Shown in pieces: positions 19,820 to 29,124 of a stretch of DNA of 64,000 nt. The translations under genes were made by a program, and so were the position numbers. Source of the DNA: Myxococcota bacterium (GTDB lineage: Bacteria; Myxococcota_A; SURF-8); contig OZ223209.1 of assembly GCA_965140415.1 (NCBI GenBank), forward strand, positions 736,001 to 800,000, read 5' to 3'. The notes below the pieces were generated by a model. It did no database searches. It was given only the letters and a program-made list of their open reading frames with translations, and had not been told where the DNA came from. Each line of letters opens with the position of its first letter. Within the stretch, counting starts at the first letter, position 1.

Positions 19820-20215
19820 ATGATCCGTACCGTTTTTTCGATTTCATTCGTTCTGTTGCTGTTCGTGTTGGTTCTGCCTGCTTGCGGCTCCGACGATGGC
19901 ACCGGCTATATGAACTTGACCGACGCCTGTTTGCTGTTCTGTGAAACCAAAGCGGTTTGCGACACGGACGGAGAACTGCCGCAAACCTACCAGAGCGACT
20001 GCGAAGCTTCCTGCAAGGCGGGCGTGATTCAGGATGAAAGCCTGGGACTCTCTCGCAATCTCATCAATTGCGCAGGCTACGCTACCTGCACCGATTGCAC
20101 CAGCGCGGACTACTGCCCCGATTTCACCACCTGCATCGAAAGCGGTGGTCCGCTTGACGGCTGGACCGGCTCCACCGACGATCAGTTCGGCGGTCTGGAT
20201 GGCGGCCAGTATTAG
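19820..20215 (+). CDS. Cys-rich lipoprotein
   Basis: AGGAG RBS; signal ending LPA-C; CxxxC helical pairs. Confidence 0.8.
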   Translation: MIRTVFSISFVLLLFVLVLPACGSDDGTGYMNLTDACLLFCETKAVCDTDGELPQTYQSDCEASCKAGVIQDESLGLSRNLINCAGYATCTDCTSADYCPDFTTCIESGGPLDGWTGSTDDQFGGLDGGQY

Positions 20216-20243
20216 AATTTGAAATGCGCCACAACCAAGGGAC

Positions 20244-20337
20244 GAGTGGCATGAGCGAAGCGAAGAAAAACGACACTTGCCCATGTGAGGCTCGAACACG
20301 GGCAAGCCTGCGGCTTAGCCCGAGCCACCCTGAAATC
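20244..20337. repeat. Family B REP doublet, copy B2
   Basis: Shares CTTGCCCATGTG and AACACGGGCAAGCCTGCGGCTTAGCCCG.GCCACCCT with B1; lies between convergent genes. Confidence 0.85.
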
Positions 20338-20369
20338 GGATATATTTACACGATCTGGCGATGCATTCG

Positions 20370-23318
20370 CTACAGATCAATGTGCATCAAGCCGCTGGAT
20401 TCGAAGGCGAAGTAAACGGTGTTCTGTATTCTCTGCGCCACGACTAAATCGGGAAGCTGATACGTGGCGTACCTTGAAGGCAGGAAGCGCTTTTCCGGAT
20501 AAGGATACTCTTCACCTTCGGGAGAAACGTACACGAACGAGAAGTGCTGCCCGCCGTGGTAGCACTCCTTCCGCATCACCATCAATCCTCCCCCTTTAAC
20601 TCCTTTTGCCGCCTGATAGCCTTCCATTCGCAGCCGGTGCTTTACTTCTCCGCTGGTTCGATCGATGGAAAGAATTTCAAACGCATCCGCCTTGTCTTCG
20701 ATACCGCATTGGGTATAGACGTCATGGGGGCGAACGGAAACGGCGGCCATGATGCTGTCGCCTTCGACTGCAAGGGCTTCCAGGTCGAAGTCATAATCAT
20801 GCACGTCATGCGGAGGTGCATTGGCGCCGCTGCAAGGTCCTTCCTTAATAAAAAGTCCGTTCGGATCTTCATAAAGATTGACCGAGGCGACCCGCTTCAG
20901 GCTTTCATCGTCAAGTTGCAGTAGCTCAACAGTGAAATTGCATCCGATAATGTACTCGCTGTGGGACGAGGGAAATTTGTATCGGTTCTCGCTGTACGTA
21001 CGGTTGATGGCATACAGCAGATCCCCGGAGGTCGCCTCGATCTGACCCGGAATGGCAACTCGCTTTCCGGTGGAGATCGTCTGTTTTTCCGAATTGATAT
21101 CCACTTGCTGGGCATAGCATTTGTTTCGAGGCCAGTTGTCCGGTTCGTCGCAGGTCGGATCTTCCTCCGTAACCGGCATCGGTTCGCACTGCGTCACCCA
21201 GAAATTCTGATCCGCCCCGGCAGCAACGACATTGCCGGTTTTCAGCCAATCCGTTTTTTCAATGGTGCCAATCAATTCCAACTGACTTGGATTGTTAAAA
21301 TCATATACATCCACTTCACTGGGCCATTGCTTGGATACCAGCAGGTAGCCGGGAAGTGGTTCAATCGTAGCCGATACGTGATCTCCCAATGCTACCTGGG
21401 CTTCATTTAACCAGGATACCTCGTTGTTTTCCTTGTAATTGAACTCCTGGAGGTTCAGTGCGTATTGGGAGCTGCCGATTTTATTCGAAACAACGAATTG
21501 CCTGCCATCGAAATTTTCAAATCGAACATCTCGCCCAACATAGTCTTTTCGAATCCACTGGGATGACTGAATAGGCGCATCCTGGAAAGTCGCTGTACTG
21601 TAGCGACGAAGTTGATAGGCAAGATTTAAAGGATTGCTGATATGCAGGGTACAGAGATCCTCGTCACAGGAGTCGATATCCACGATTTTGGAAGATCGCT
21701 CGATGTTGAATAGATTCTTCGGGGATTGTTTTTCTTCGATCTCCATCATTTTAATGGTGACTTCAGTCAATGCGATCAAGCGCCCATCGAACAGGAAACT
21801 CCTTTGAACGGGTGAGCCTGTTTCGATAAATCCACGTATGGCAATCGTCGGGTTCGAGTAATCCAACAGGTAAAGACGTTCAACATGGCGAGAGCCGCTT
21901 TCGCGTGGAATGTAACCATTTACCGGCACCACCAAAAGCCCTTGCAATTCCGACTGCGGAAAGAGTCCGATCATGCGGCGATCCACCTGCCATTCCTGAC
22001 GCCATCCCAGTGACATGTTTTCCATCGTTTTTCGGTCGCGTGTAATGAGCCGGTTTGGACTGGATGTATCGATCAGCGAAACCACGAAGGTCTCATGATC
22101 GTTGGAGCTAAGGGTTAAAAGATCGCTTCCGATCGAGTACAGTTTTTCGATACCTGAAAGCTTAAGACTGCCGGCGGTAAACAATTCTGCGGGATTTTGG
22201 ATATCGATGTTGTGCAGCGTGTCTCCATGAGAGAAGTAGGCGTGGGTGTCTGTGAACAGGGCGGCGGTCAAGCGATTCGAGTAATCCCCCGGGAAATCTA
22301 TCTTCATCAACATTGTGGGACCGTCTTCATGTAACAGATCGAAACTCGAAAACGCGGCGTTGCCTACGCCATCACTTCTGGTCGACGTCACTGCGAAAAG
22401 GTTTTGGCCCTTCACCTGTATAGCGGAACGGTCGAATACATAACCACCCACTCCGAAGTGCCCAAGCACAATAGGATCTCCATCTTCAGAGGTTAAGTCG
22501 ATTACGGTAATCGTGTCGCCTGGTTCCTCGCTGCCGATAGGCGGTGGTTCGGTTTCGTTGACGATTACCAGCAGCTCTTCGGTTAAAACGGCGATCTTGG
22601 CGATGCCCTCATATTGCAATCGGCTGAAGACATTCGGGTTCCGTTTATCGGAGAGATCGATGACGGCTATAGCCGTCACACGATTAGGGGGCGCTTCATA
22701 ATCAAGGTAGTCGCAGCCACTCTGCCAGTCTTGGGTCGAGCTGATCGCATAGACCTGATTTCCGCTGTGGGCGGTATCGGCGATGGTTCCGGTCATTGGG
22801 ATGGTTTTTTGCAGAACTGGCTGCTCGATATCGGACACATCGATGATCGACACCTGGCTGTTGAAGATCGGCATGCCATTCTGCTGCTCGTACATGTGAG
22901 AGGAAAATAGAACGACCTGCGAATCCACAACGTAAAGGCTGATCGGATATCCGCTAACGAACAACGAACCCAGCTTTTGGAAACCGGTAGCGGAATCCAT
23001 ACGAGAAATGCTGAAGCCTCCGAAACGGTTAACTGAATAAATCAGGTCGCCTGCCACTTCATACATATCCGAATCCATGTAGTGAATTCCGGCGTTTTCT
23101 GGCGTGTTGTAGCCGTTATGTTCAGGATAGTCGCCATCCACCATTGGATACTCACCGCCATGGCCTGTCGCCATGTAGTAATCGTCATCCTGATTTTCTG
23201 GATCGAATTCGCCCTCACCGTCAATGTTATTTTCGTTATTCGTCTGGCAGGCACAGATAGCCAATACCGCAAAGACCATGACCGACAGCATGGAAACGGT
23301 TTTTATTGCAACTCGCAT
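20370..23318 (-). CDS. Large lipoprotein with beta-propeller (LVIVD/Beta_propel-like) repeats
   Basis: Signal ending ICA-C; recurring IIDVSD..P and IDLSD..P blades; start after GGGAG chosen over ORF-track 23387. Confidence 0.8.
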   Translation of the reverse strand: MRVAIKTVSMLSVMVFAVLAICACQTNNENNIDGEGEFDPENQDDDYYMATGHGGEYPMVDGDYPEHNGYNTPENAGIHYMDSDMYEVAGDLIYSVNRFGGFSISRMDSATGFQKLGSLFVSGYPISLYVVDSQVVLFSSHMYEQQNGMPIFNSQVSIIDVSDIEQPVLQKTIPMTGTIADTAHSGNQVYAISSTQDWQSGCDYLDYEAPPNRVTAIAVIDLSDKRNPNVFSRLQYEGIAKIAVLTEELLVIVNETEPPPIGSEEPGDTITVIDLTSEDGDPIVLGHFGVGGYVFDRSAIQVKGQNLFAVTSTRSDGVGNAAFSSFDLLHEDGPTMLMKIDFPGDYSNRLTAALFTDTHAYFSHGDTLHNIDIQNPAELFTAGSLKLSGIEKLYSIGSDLLTLSSNDHETFVVSLIDTSSPNRLITRDRKTMENMSLGWRQEWQVDRRMIGLFPQSELQGLLVVPVNGYIPRESGSRHVERLYLLDYSNPTIAIRGFIETGSPVQRSFLFDGRLIALTEVTIKMMEIEEKQSPKNLFNIERSSKIVDIDSCDEDLCTLHISNPLNLAYQLRRYSTATFQDAPIQSSQWIRKDYVGRDVRFENFDGRQFVVSNKIGSSQYALNLQEFNYKENNEVSWLNEAQVALGDHVSATIEPLPGYLLVSKQWPSEVDVYDFNNPSQLELIGTIEKTDWLKTGNVVAAGADQNFWVTQCEPMPVTEEDPTCDEPDNWPRNKCYAQQVDINSEKQTISTGKRVAIPGQIEATSGDLLYAINRTYSENRYKFPSSHSEYIIGCNFTVELLQLDDESLKRVASVNLYEDPNGLFIKEGPCSGANAPPHDVHDYDFDLEALAVEGDSIMAAVSVRPHDVYTQCGIEDKADAFEILSIDRTSGEVKHRLRMEGYQAAKGVKGGGLMVMRKECYHGGQHFSFVYVSPEGEEYPYPEKRFLPSRYATYQLPDLVVAQRIQNTVYFAFESSGLMHIDL

Positions 23319-23564
23319 ATTCCCGCACTCCCTTTCCCACTTAAGCAACAAATCGCTCCACATGGAATCAAGCAACATCTGTACCATAAACTATCGTTTC
23401 AATATTTGCCATTCATATCAATAGCATAGCGTGTTAAGGCGGAAAAATGACTTTCACTGTTTCGCTTCTCCAAGCTAAATGCAGGACTATTTTGTCAGGG
23501 TGGCTCACTAATTTCCCTTAGCCCACGAATTCAGGCACTGTAGACAACCGGGATACATTCCCGC

Positions 23565-23593
23565 TTGCAAAGGGGGAGGGTGAATGCTATCGT
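23565..23593 (+). promoter_or_regulatory. sigma70-type promoter (extended -10)
   Basis: TTGCAA-N17-TATCGT with TGn, upstream of the dodecin gene. Confidence 0.5.
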
Positions 23594-23662
23594 TACAATA
23601 GGGAATCAGTTTCATGAAAACCCGGTAACGGTCGGAGGGAAACCGGCCAAAGGAGGTCCACC

Positions 23663-23875
23663 ATGGAGAACAGTGTTTATAAAACCATTGAGCTCATCGG
23701 TACCTCGGAAAACTCATGGGAAGAAGCAGCAAAACGAGCCGTAGCGGCGGCGACTCGCAGCCTGAGAGACATTCGGGTGGCGGAGGTCGTCAAGCTGGAT
23801 ATGCGCCTGGAGGACAGCCGCATCGTCAGCTATCGCAGCAAGATCAAGCTGTCGTTCAAGTACGAAGATCTGTAA
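23663..23875 (+). CDS. Dodecin-family (flavin-binding) protein
   Basis: VYKTIELIGTS..SWEEAAK..YRSKIKLSFKYE; AAGGAGG RBS. Confidence 0.92.
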   Translation: MENSVYKTIELIGTSENSWEEAAKRAVAAATRSLRDIRVAEVVKLDMRLEDSRIVSYRSKIKLSFKYEDL

Positions 23876-23887
23876 GAAACCCTGCTG

Positions 23888-23920
23888 TCCGTCGGGAGTG
23901 ACGGGGGGCCTCCCGATGGA
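23888..23920 (+). terminator. Hairpin after dodecin (no U-tract)
   Basis: TCCGTCGGGAG/CTCCCGATGGA 11-bp stem. Confidence 0.4.
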
Positions 23921-24090
23921 GCGCACACGCACGATCCCGACATCTGACGTTCGATAGATACCACCACCTGGAATGCATCCCGATCTGAACCTCGCAAACG
24001 GAATACAACTTATTCGATACGGTAGAGAAGGAAATTGAAACGCTGGAATGGAGCAGATATGATTCAAGTCTGTTCGTCGAGTAATCACGA

Positions 24091-24191
24091 TGTGCCATGG
24101 TCTCACGGAATGGAAATTCCGGGAGGCCGTGTGTAACTTAATGAAATCACACAGCCTTCCACGATCTTCGATCGCGTAAGACTATGGCACA
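24091..24191. repeat. Family A REP doublet, copy A2
   Basis: 5 differences from A1 over 101 bp; at the distal end of the flagellar operon. Confidence 0.85.
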
Positions 24192-24231
24192 AACTCACAG
24201 AACCTGCGGGTAAAAGTGATTGGGAACCGGC

Positions 24232-26253
24232 TTAGTGCCGCTTTAGCGTAGCCACCTTTTCTTCGCACATGCGCGCGGCGTCCGTTGCGCCCAAGGCCAT
24301 ATAGCCTTGACCCATGCCTTCGAAGGCTTCCCAGTCCTCGGGACTCAGGCGCACCGCGTTTTCAAAGGCGTTGATGGCGTTCTGGAATTCGCCGGTCTTG
24401 AGCAGGGACCAGCCATAGGCGACCTGCAAGCGGGAATCGTCGGGTTGCAGTCGGGCGGCCAGACCGTTGGCAAGGCTTGCCGCCTTGTGCAGTTGCAGGG
24501 TAGCAAGCTGCTTGGCCGTAGTGTAGAAGAGCGCGCCTAACGCGGGAACGTTGTCGATCGGTGTCGCAGGCATGACACCGAGAAGCTCGGCCAGTCGGAC
24601 GCCATGAAAGAGCAGCCGATCCGCATCGCCGGTGTCCAGGTATAACGAAGCCAGGGTCAGGCGAACGTCGTGCAGTGAGGCATCGATCTGACAGATACGC
24701 TCGAAAAAAGCGGTAGCGTCGGCTTGTCGGTCGGTGCGCATGTACAGGTGCGCCAGGTTGATGGCGCTGTCCAGTTTTTCCGGGTTGCGGTCGATGGCTT
24801 CATGATAGAGCTTTTCCGCTCCGACATCATCGCCCAGTTTTTCCTTTACCACTGCCAGGTTGATGCGGGCTTCCACGTTATCCGGAAATTGATCGAGCAG
24901 GAGGACGTAATTTTCTTCGGCCTGCTCCCAGTGACCTGCCAGCATTTCCATCAAGCCATCCAGGAAACCGGCTTTTTCTTCTCCGAAACCGGCCTCGCGG
25001 GAGATCGCCAGACGCCTGCGGGCATCCTGTAATTGTCCAACTCGCACCAGTAGCGGAATCAGCGTGTTTAAAACCTGTTCGTGGGCGGGTTCCTGCTGGT
25101 GAGCGGCAGTGAGCACCGCAACGGCTTCCTCCGGATTGTCGGTGCCGATAAAAAAGCGAGCCGCTGCACAGGCAATGTCGCCGGGATCTGGAGAGAGCAG
25201 CTTGGCTTCTTTCAGACTTTCTTCATAGCGTTCCATGTCGCCGCGCCGGTAGGCGTCGATGGCCAGCCGCAGGGTGATATCCGGCATGTGGTGCAGGGCA
25301 TGAAAGGGCGTCGTGCCGAAAGCGCTGGGTTGTCGTTCGTGTTTTTGCACCAACTCCCGGTAGCGGTCGGCGGCTTGCTGCAACAAGGCGCTTTGGCGAC
25401 GGATAAAGTGGATACTGGTGCGGATGGCCCAGCCGTCGATGTAGTCGGGCATGATTTCCAACGCACGAGCGATCAGGGTTTCGGCCTCTTCGGTGTTCTT
25501 GTTTTCCAGGTGACAGGCGGCGGCAATGTAAAAATTGTCCAGCCAGATCCGCTCCCGTTCGCGATCGCCATCACAGAGCTGGATCGAGCGTTCGGCCAGT
25601 TCACGCGCCTCGGTAAACAAGGATTCCGTAAAGAGTGAAACGGCCAGATAGTGCGGCCATTTCGGATTTTGCGGTTCCTGTTCCATTTCGCGTTGCAGTA
25701 GATCGGTGGTGCGCTGGAACTTGGCGACCATCTTTTCGCGAGACAGATGATAACCGTAATGCAGTAGCACCGCCGGGACGAACTGGCTTTTACCATTGAA
25801 ACGGATTTCGTTGTGTACCGCGCCTTCGTAACGAAGCCCGGTGCTGCGCTTGAACAGACGAATCGAATTGTGAACGGACTGCTGCCCGCCCGAGGTTTCC
25901 AAAGATGCGGAACGAACCGGAATTACGATGACCTCGGCCTGCTCGCCTGCGACGGCATCGCGCAGTTTCGGTATCGCATCTTCGCTCAGTTCTTCATCGG
26001 CATCTAAAATAAAGATCCATTCACCGGTCGCATAGTTGATCGACTGGTTGCGATGTTTGGCGAAATTGTATTCCCATTCGTGGTGAAAGACCTTGGCCCC
26101 GTAGGATTCGGCGATTTCGACCGTGCGATCGGTGGAACCGGTATCGACGATGATCAGTTCGTCGGCAAGCTCGCGCGCGGAATCGAGGGCGCGCGGCAGC
26201 ATTTCCTGTTCGTTTTTCACGATCATGCAGACCGAAATCTGCGGTTTAGCCAT
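24232..26253 (-). CDS. GT2 glycosyltransferase with TPR repeats (likely flagellar glycosylation)
   Basis: SVCMIVKNE, DTGSTDRT, ILDADE, YEGAVHNE, LHYGY, then TPRs; overlaps the fliW stop. Confidence 0.9.
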   Translation of the reverse strand: MAKPQISVCMIVKNEQEMLPRALDSARELADELIIVDTGSTDRTVEIAESYGAKVFHHEWEYNFAKHRNQSINYATGEWIFILDADEELSEDAIPKLRDAVAGEQAEVIVIPVRSASLETSGGQQSVHNSIRLFKRSTGLRYEGAVHNEIRFNGKSQFVPAVLLHYGYHLSREKMVAKFQRTTDLLQREMEQEPQNPKWPHYLAVSLFTESLFTEARELAERSIQLCDGDRERERIWLDNFYIAAACHLENKNTEEAETLIARALEIMPDYIDGWAIRTSIHFIRRQSALLQQAADRYRELVQKHERQPSAFGTTPFHALHHMPDITLRLAIDAYRRGDMERYEESLKEAKLLSPDPGDIACAAARFFIGTDNPEEAVAVLTAAHQQEPAHEQVLNTLIPLLVRVGQLQDARRRLAISREAGFGEEKAGFLDGLMEMLAGHWEQAEENYVLLLDQFPDNVEARINLAVVKEKLGDDVGAEKLYHEAIDRNPEKLDSAINLAHLYMRTDRQADATAFFERICQIDASLHDVRLTLASLYLDTGDADRLLFHGVRLAELLGVMPATPIDNVPALGALFYTTAKQLATLQLHKAASLANGLAARLQPDDSRLQVAYGWSLLKTGEFQNAINAFENAVRLSPEDWEAFEGMGQGYMALGATDAARMCEEKVATLKRH

Positions 26254-26695
26254 TCTGTGCCTCCCCTTCCGATTCGGTAAAGAGCGGTTCTCTCAGGCTG
26301 TAGGAGGAATTCTGTATGATGATCTGATGGGCGCGACGGTTCGTGAGGTTGAGTAGGATCGGAGCCAGCAAGTTTCCTGTGATTTTTGAGAAGTCGGAAT
26401 GCATGGTCACGATCACGAACAGGCGCAACTGACCCGGATCCTGGATATCCAATAGCTGGATGGTCTCATCGTCTACTTCGAAATCGTAATCCTGTCGCAC
26501 CAGTAGCGGTTCGATCAATACAAAGGCGACATCGGGATCATCCACGCTCTGCAACCACTGAAACGGTTCTTCTTCCGGATTGCTCAGCAACACGAAACGC
26601 TCGTATTTCTCGAAACCGACCACTCCCTCCGGGAAGGTGATCAGCTCGTTTTCTTCCACTTCAATTTGTCCGAAATGGGCTGAAATGATTTTCAA
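26246..26695 (-). CDS. fliW: Flagellar assembly factor / CsrA antagonist
   Basis: FGQIEV..ITFPEGVVGFE, WLQS, GNLLAPILLN; TTG start after AAGGAGA. Confidence 0.92.
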   Translation of the reverse strand: MKIISAHFGQIEVEENELITFPEGVVGFEKYERFVLLSNPEEEPFQWLQSVDDPDVAFVLIEPLLVRQDYDFEVDDETIQLLDIQDPGQLRLFVIVTMHSDFSKITGNLLAPILLNLTNRRAHQIIIQNSSYSLREPLFTESEGEAQNG

Positions 26696-26753
26696 AACAT
26701 TCTCCTTTGACGCTGTTCTGTCCATTGGGTCAGCAACTCGGTTTGGAATCCGA

Positions 26754-27062
26754 TCAAGATTCCTCTCCTTCCGAGTCCGGTGCTTCCGCCTTCTTTTTCC
26801 GAAGCAAGGAAGGTGGAGCGACGTTTCCACCCTTCTTTTTCTTCATCAGTTTGGCGGCGCTGGACAGACCGGAGACGCTCGCATCGCGGGCGCGAATGTT
26901 CTCCTCTCGAATCCGTTCGTAAATTTCTTCCCGGTGGATTTTGACCGAGCGCGGGGCTTCGATCCCGACTTTTACAAACTGTCGGCTGACCTCCAGGATC
27001 TTTATCTGTATCTCATCGCCGATTTGAATCGACTCCCCTGGTTTTCGGGTTAGGATGAGCAT
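26754..27062 (-). CDS. csrA: Carbon storage regulator
   Basis: [32 protein letters not shown]; long basic C-terminal tail. Confidence 0.95.
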   Translation of the reverse strand: MLILTRKPGESIQIGDEIQIKILEVSRQFVKVGIEAPRSVKIHREEIYERIREENIRARDASVSGLSSAAKLMKKKKGGNVAPPSLLRKKKAEAPDSEGEES

Positions 27063-27161
27063 TCAGCGATTTCCTTTCACTTCCCAAATGGAATACGGGG
27101 CCAAGGTTCCGTAATGCGGCACCGAGCCCGTTTTCGACGATGCTATCGGGGTGACCGCAGC

Positions 27162-28007
27162 CTAAAATCCATTGGCAATGGCGCTCATGCGTCGTAACGC
27201 TTCCCGTTGCTTCTGTATGGTATAACTGATAATTCGTTCTCTGTCTCGTTCTCGTATTTGCATGAAACGGCAGGCAATACCGTATTTCACTTCGTCCAGA
27301 TCCTCTTCCAGTAACTGATCGACGCGCACCACTTCCGCTAGTGTAATGATTTCCCCAGCCGGATGCACCGGCAGGCGCAAGCGCATACCCAAACGGACTC
27401 CCGTGTCGTAGGCGGTATCGCTGCGGAACTGAATACCCGAACCGCTGATCGACACCTTGCGCCGCAGCAGCATGGCGCTATCGCTTTTATCGATCAACTG
27501 GCTGACTTGCGAAGAGAGCGCCGCCAGTTTACGATCCAGCGCCTGAACCGCCTGGATCAAGTAAAGCACCGCCTCGCTGGCTTCGTCGGTCTGCGCCAGA
27601 TTTTTCATTTCGTGGCGCGTCATTTCGGGTAGCGGATCGCCCATTTCGGGAGCGGTCAAGTGGTCTAAGGAGAAATCCTCTTCGTTTCCGGTGAACAATT
27701 CGAAACCCAATTCCACCCAGGCGAAAATGCGCATGTACTGGCGGTTGTCACGTCCGCCGATGCGCTCCAGTTCCAGCACGTTGCCCGACAATCGCTTGAT
27801 GACAATGGCTGTGAATACCGTGTCGCCGGTTTTGGTTTCGCACAAATCGACCATGAGTTTTCCGCCGCTGGAAGAACCCAGCCGGTTGACATCACCTTCC
27901 AGCAACTTGACCTGTAGCGGTTCGGCCTTGCTGATCTCGGCATCAAGGTATTTACGGGTCATACCGGAGAGATAAGACACCTTCAACTTATTGCCTTTTT
28001 GGAACAT
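27162..28007 (-). CDS. PilZ-domain (c-di-GMP-binding) protein
   Basis: RQYMR (RxxxR) and SISGSG motifs; C-terminal RERIISY; start uncertain. Confidence 0.8.
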   Translation of the reverse strand: MFQKGNKLKVSYLSGMTRKYLDAEISKAEPLQVKLLEGDVNRLGSSSGGKLMVDLCETKTGDTVFTAIVIKRLSGNVLELERIGGRDNRQYMRIFAWVELGFELFTGNEEDFSLDHLTAPEMGDPLPEMTRHEMKNLAQTDEASEAVLYLIQAVQALDRKLAALSSQVSQLIDKSDSAMLLRRKVSISGSGIQFRSDTAYDTGVRLGMRLRLPVHPAGEIITLAEVVRVDQLLEEDLDEVKYGIACRFMQIRERDRERIISYTIQKQREALRRMSAIANGF

Positions 28008-28097
28008 CTGCAACAAACCCTTTCGCAATACGGACCATCGCCGCCGGTTTTTAACAGGTTTTGGCCGATACATATATCATACGGCAATGAATTGTTT

Positions 28098-28115
28098 ATG
28101 CAAGCGAAATGCCAA
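28098..28115 (-). promoter_or_regulatory. sigma54 promoter
   Basis: TTGGCATTTCGCTTGCAT: GG-N10-GC, near consensus. Confidence 0.8.
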
Positions 28116-28144
28116 ATGACCCACAATTGCCGGCAAGGGGTCAT

Positions 28145-28175
28145 AAAATGAAGACAGACCGGCACAAGCCGGCTG
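28145..28175 (-). terminator. Probable intrinsic terminator after flgL
   Basis: CCGGC-TTGT-GCCGG hairpin followed by TCTGTCTTCATTTT on the minus strand. Confidence 0.45.
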
Positions 28176-28221
28176 ACCCGATTCCATTTGTTTGATATTA
28201 TTGATAAAAATTAAATTGCGG

Positions 28222-29112
28222 CTACCTGATGAAATCAAGCAGGCTTCTACTCAGAATGCTGGAACTGGCTTGCATCGCCATATTCAGAGAGGTTTCAGCC
28301 ATTTGGAACTCGGTAATGGCCGTCACATAATCGGCATCTTCAAAATTTTGACGCTTTTCCGCCAGGTTGACCTGCAAGGTATCCAGCGTGCTTTGCGTGA
28401 CTTCCAGTCGATCCATGTGGACGCCGTTGATCGTGCGAACCTCGATCACCTGCTCGATCGCGGTATTGATCCGGTCCAGGTTATCGGCCATCGCTCCTTG
28501 CGGATCGGTCTGCAATTGCGTTTGAATGTCGTTGAGCAATTCGAAGATGTTTACACCACCGGAACTGCCAGGATCTTCGAACACCTGGGTGCCGGGAATG
28601 TTGGCTTCGGATTTGACGCCGGGTTGAATCTCCACCATGTTGATGGTTTCATCACCGTGGTAGACGCCGTCTTCAGAGTAGGCTTCGACATCGGTGCGTG
28701 CGCCGGAGAAGATGTACTGTCCTTCATGCTGGGTGTTGGCCAGACCCAGCAGATGATCTCTCAACTGGTCGATTTCCGTGTCCATTTGGGTGCGCACGTT
28801 ATCGGGATTGGCCGAGTTGGCCAATTGCACCATGTCGGCCTTCAAGCCGGACAACACCTGGAACACTTCACTGAAGGTGGTTTCATAAACGCTGAAACGA
28901 TCCAACTGACGCCGGACGTTGTCCTGGTATTGCTCCAGATCATCCTCTTCTTTTTCGTTGCGCAGGGTGCGCTGTACGGTCAGAGGGTCGTCCTTCAGGC
29001 GGGAAACGTTTTTACCTGTGGTTAAGATTTCACTATTCTTATCCAACACCTCGCGGTTGTTGTTCAGTTGGCGTTGAATGAAACGATATTGGTTTTGATT
29101 GACGATCCGCAT
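28222..29112 (-). CDS. flgL: Hook-associated protein 3
   Basis: TGKNV..DDP; LANTQHEGQYIFSG; EDADY..SLLDFI; follows flgK. Confidence 0.92.
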   Translation of the reverse strand: MRIVNQNQYRFIQRQLNNNREVLDKNSEILTTGKNVSRLKDDPLTVQRTLRNEKEEDDLEQYQDNVRRQLDRFSVYETTFSEVFQVLSGLKADMVQLANSANPDNVRTQMDTEIDQLRDHLLGLANTQHEGQYIFSGARTDVEAYSEDGVYHGDETINMVEIQPGVKSEANIPGTQVFEDPGSSGGVNIFELLNDIQTQLQTDPQGAMADNLDRINTAIEQVIEVRTINGVHMDRLEVTQSTLDTLQVNLAEKRQNFEDADYVTAITEFQMAETSLNMAMQASSSILSRSLLDFIR

Positions 29113-29124
29113 GATAATCGCTCC

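Noticed and set aside
23921-24084. RAYT remnant next to A2
   Set aside because: Only a short open frame (..LEWSRYDSSLFVE*), with no HUH or catalytic Tyr motif
27143-27175. sigma28 promoter before csrA
   Set aside because: The -10-like CCCGATAG has no TAAA at the correct spacing
28192-29025. 277-aa plus-strand ORF, and similar long overlapping ORFs elsewhere
   Set aside because: Antisense or alternate-frame shadows of well-supported genes (here flgL)
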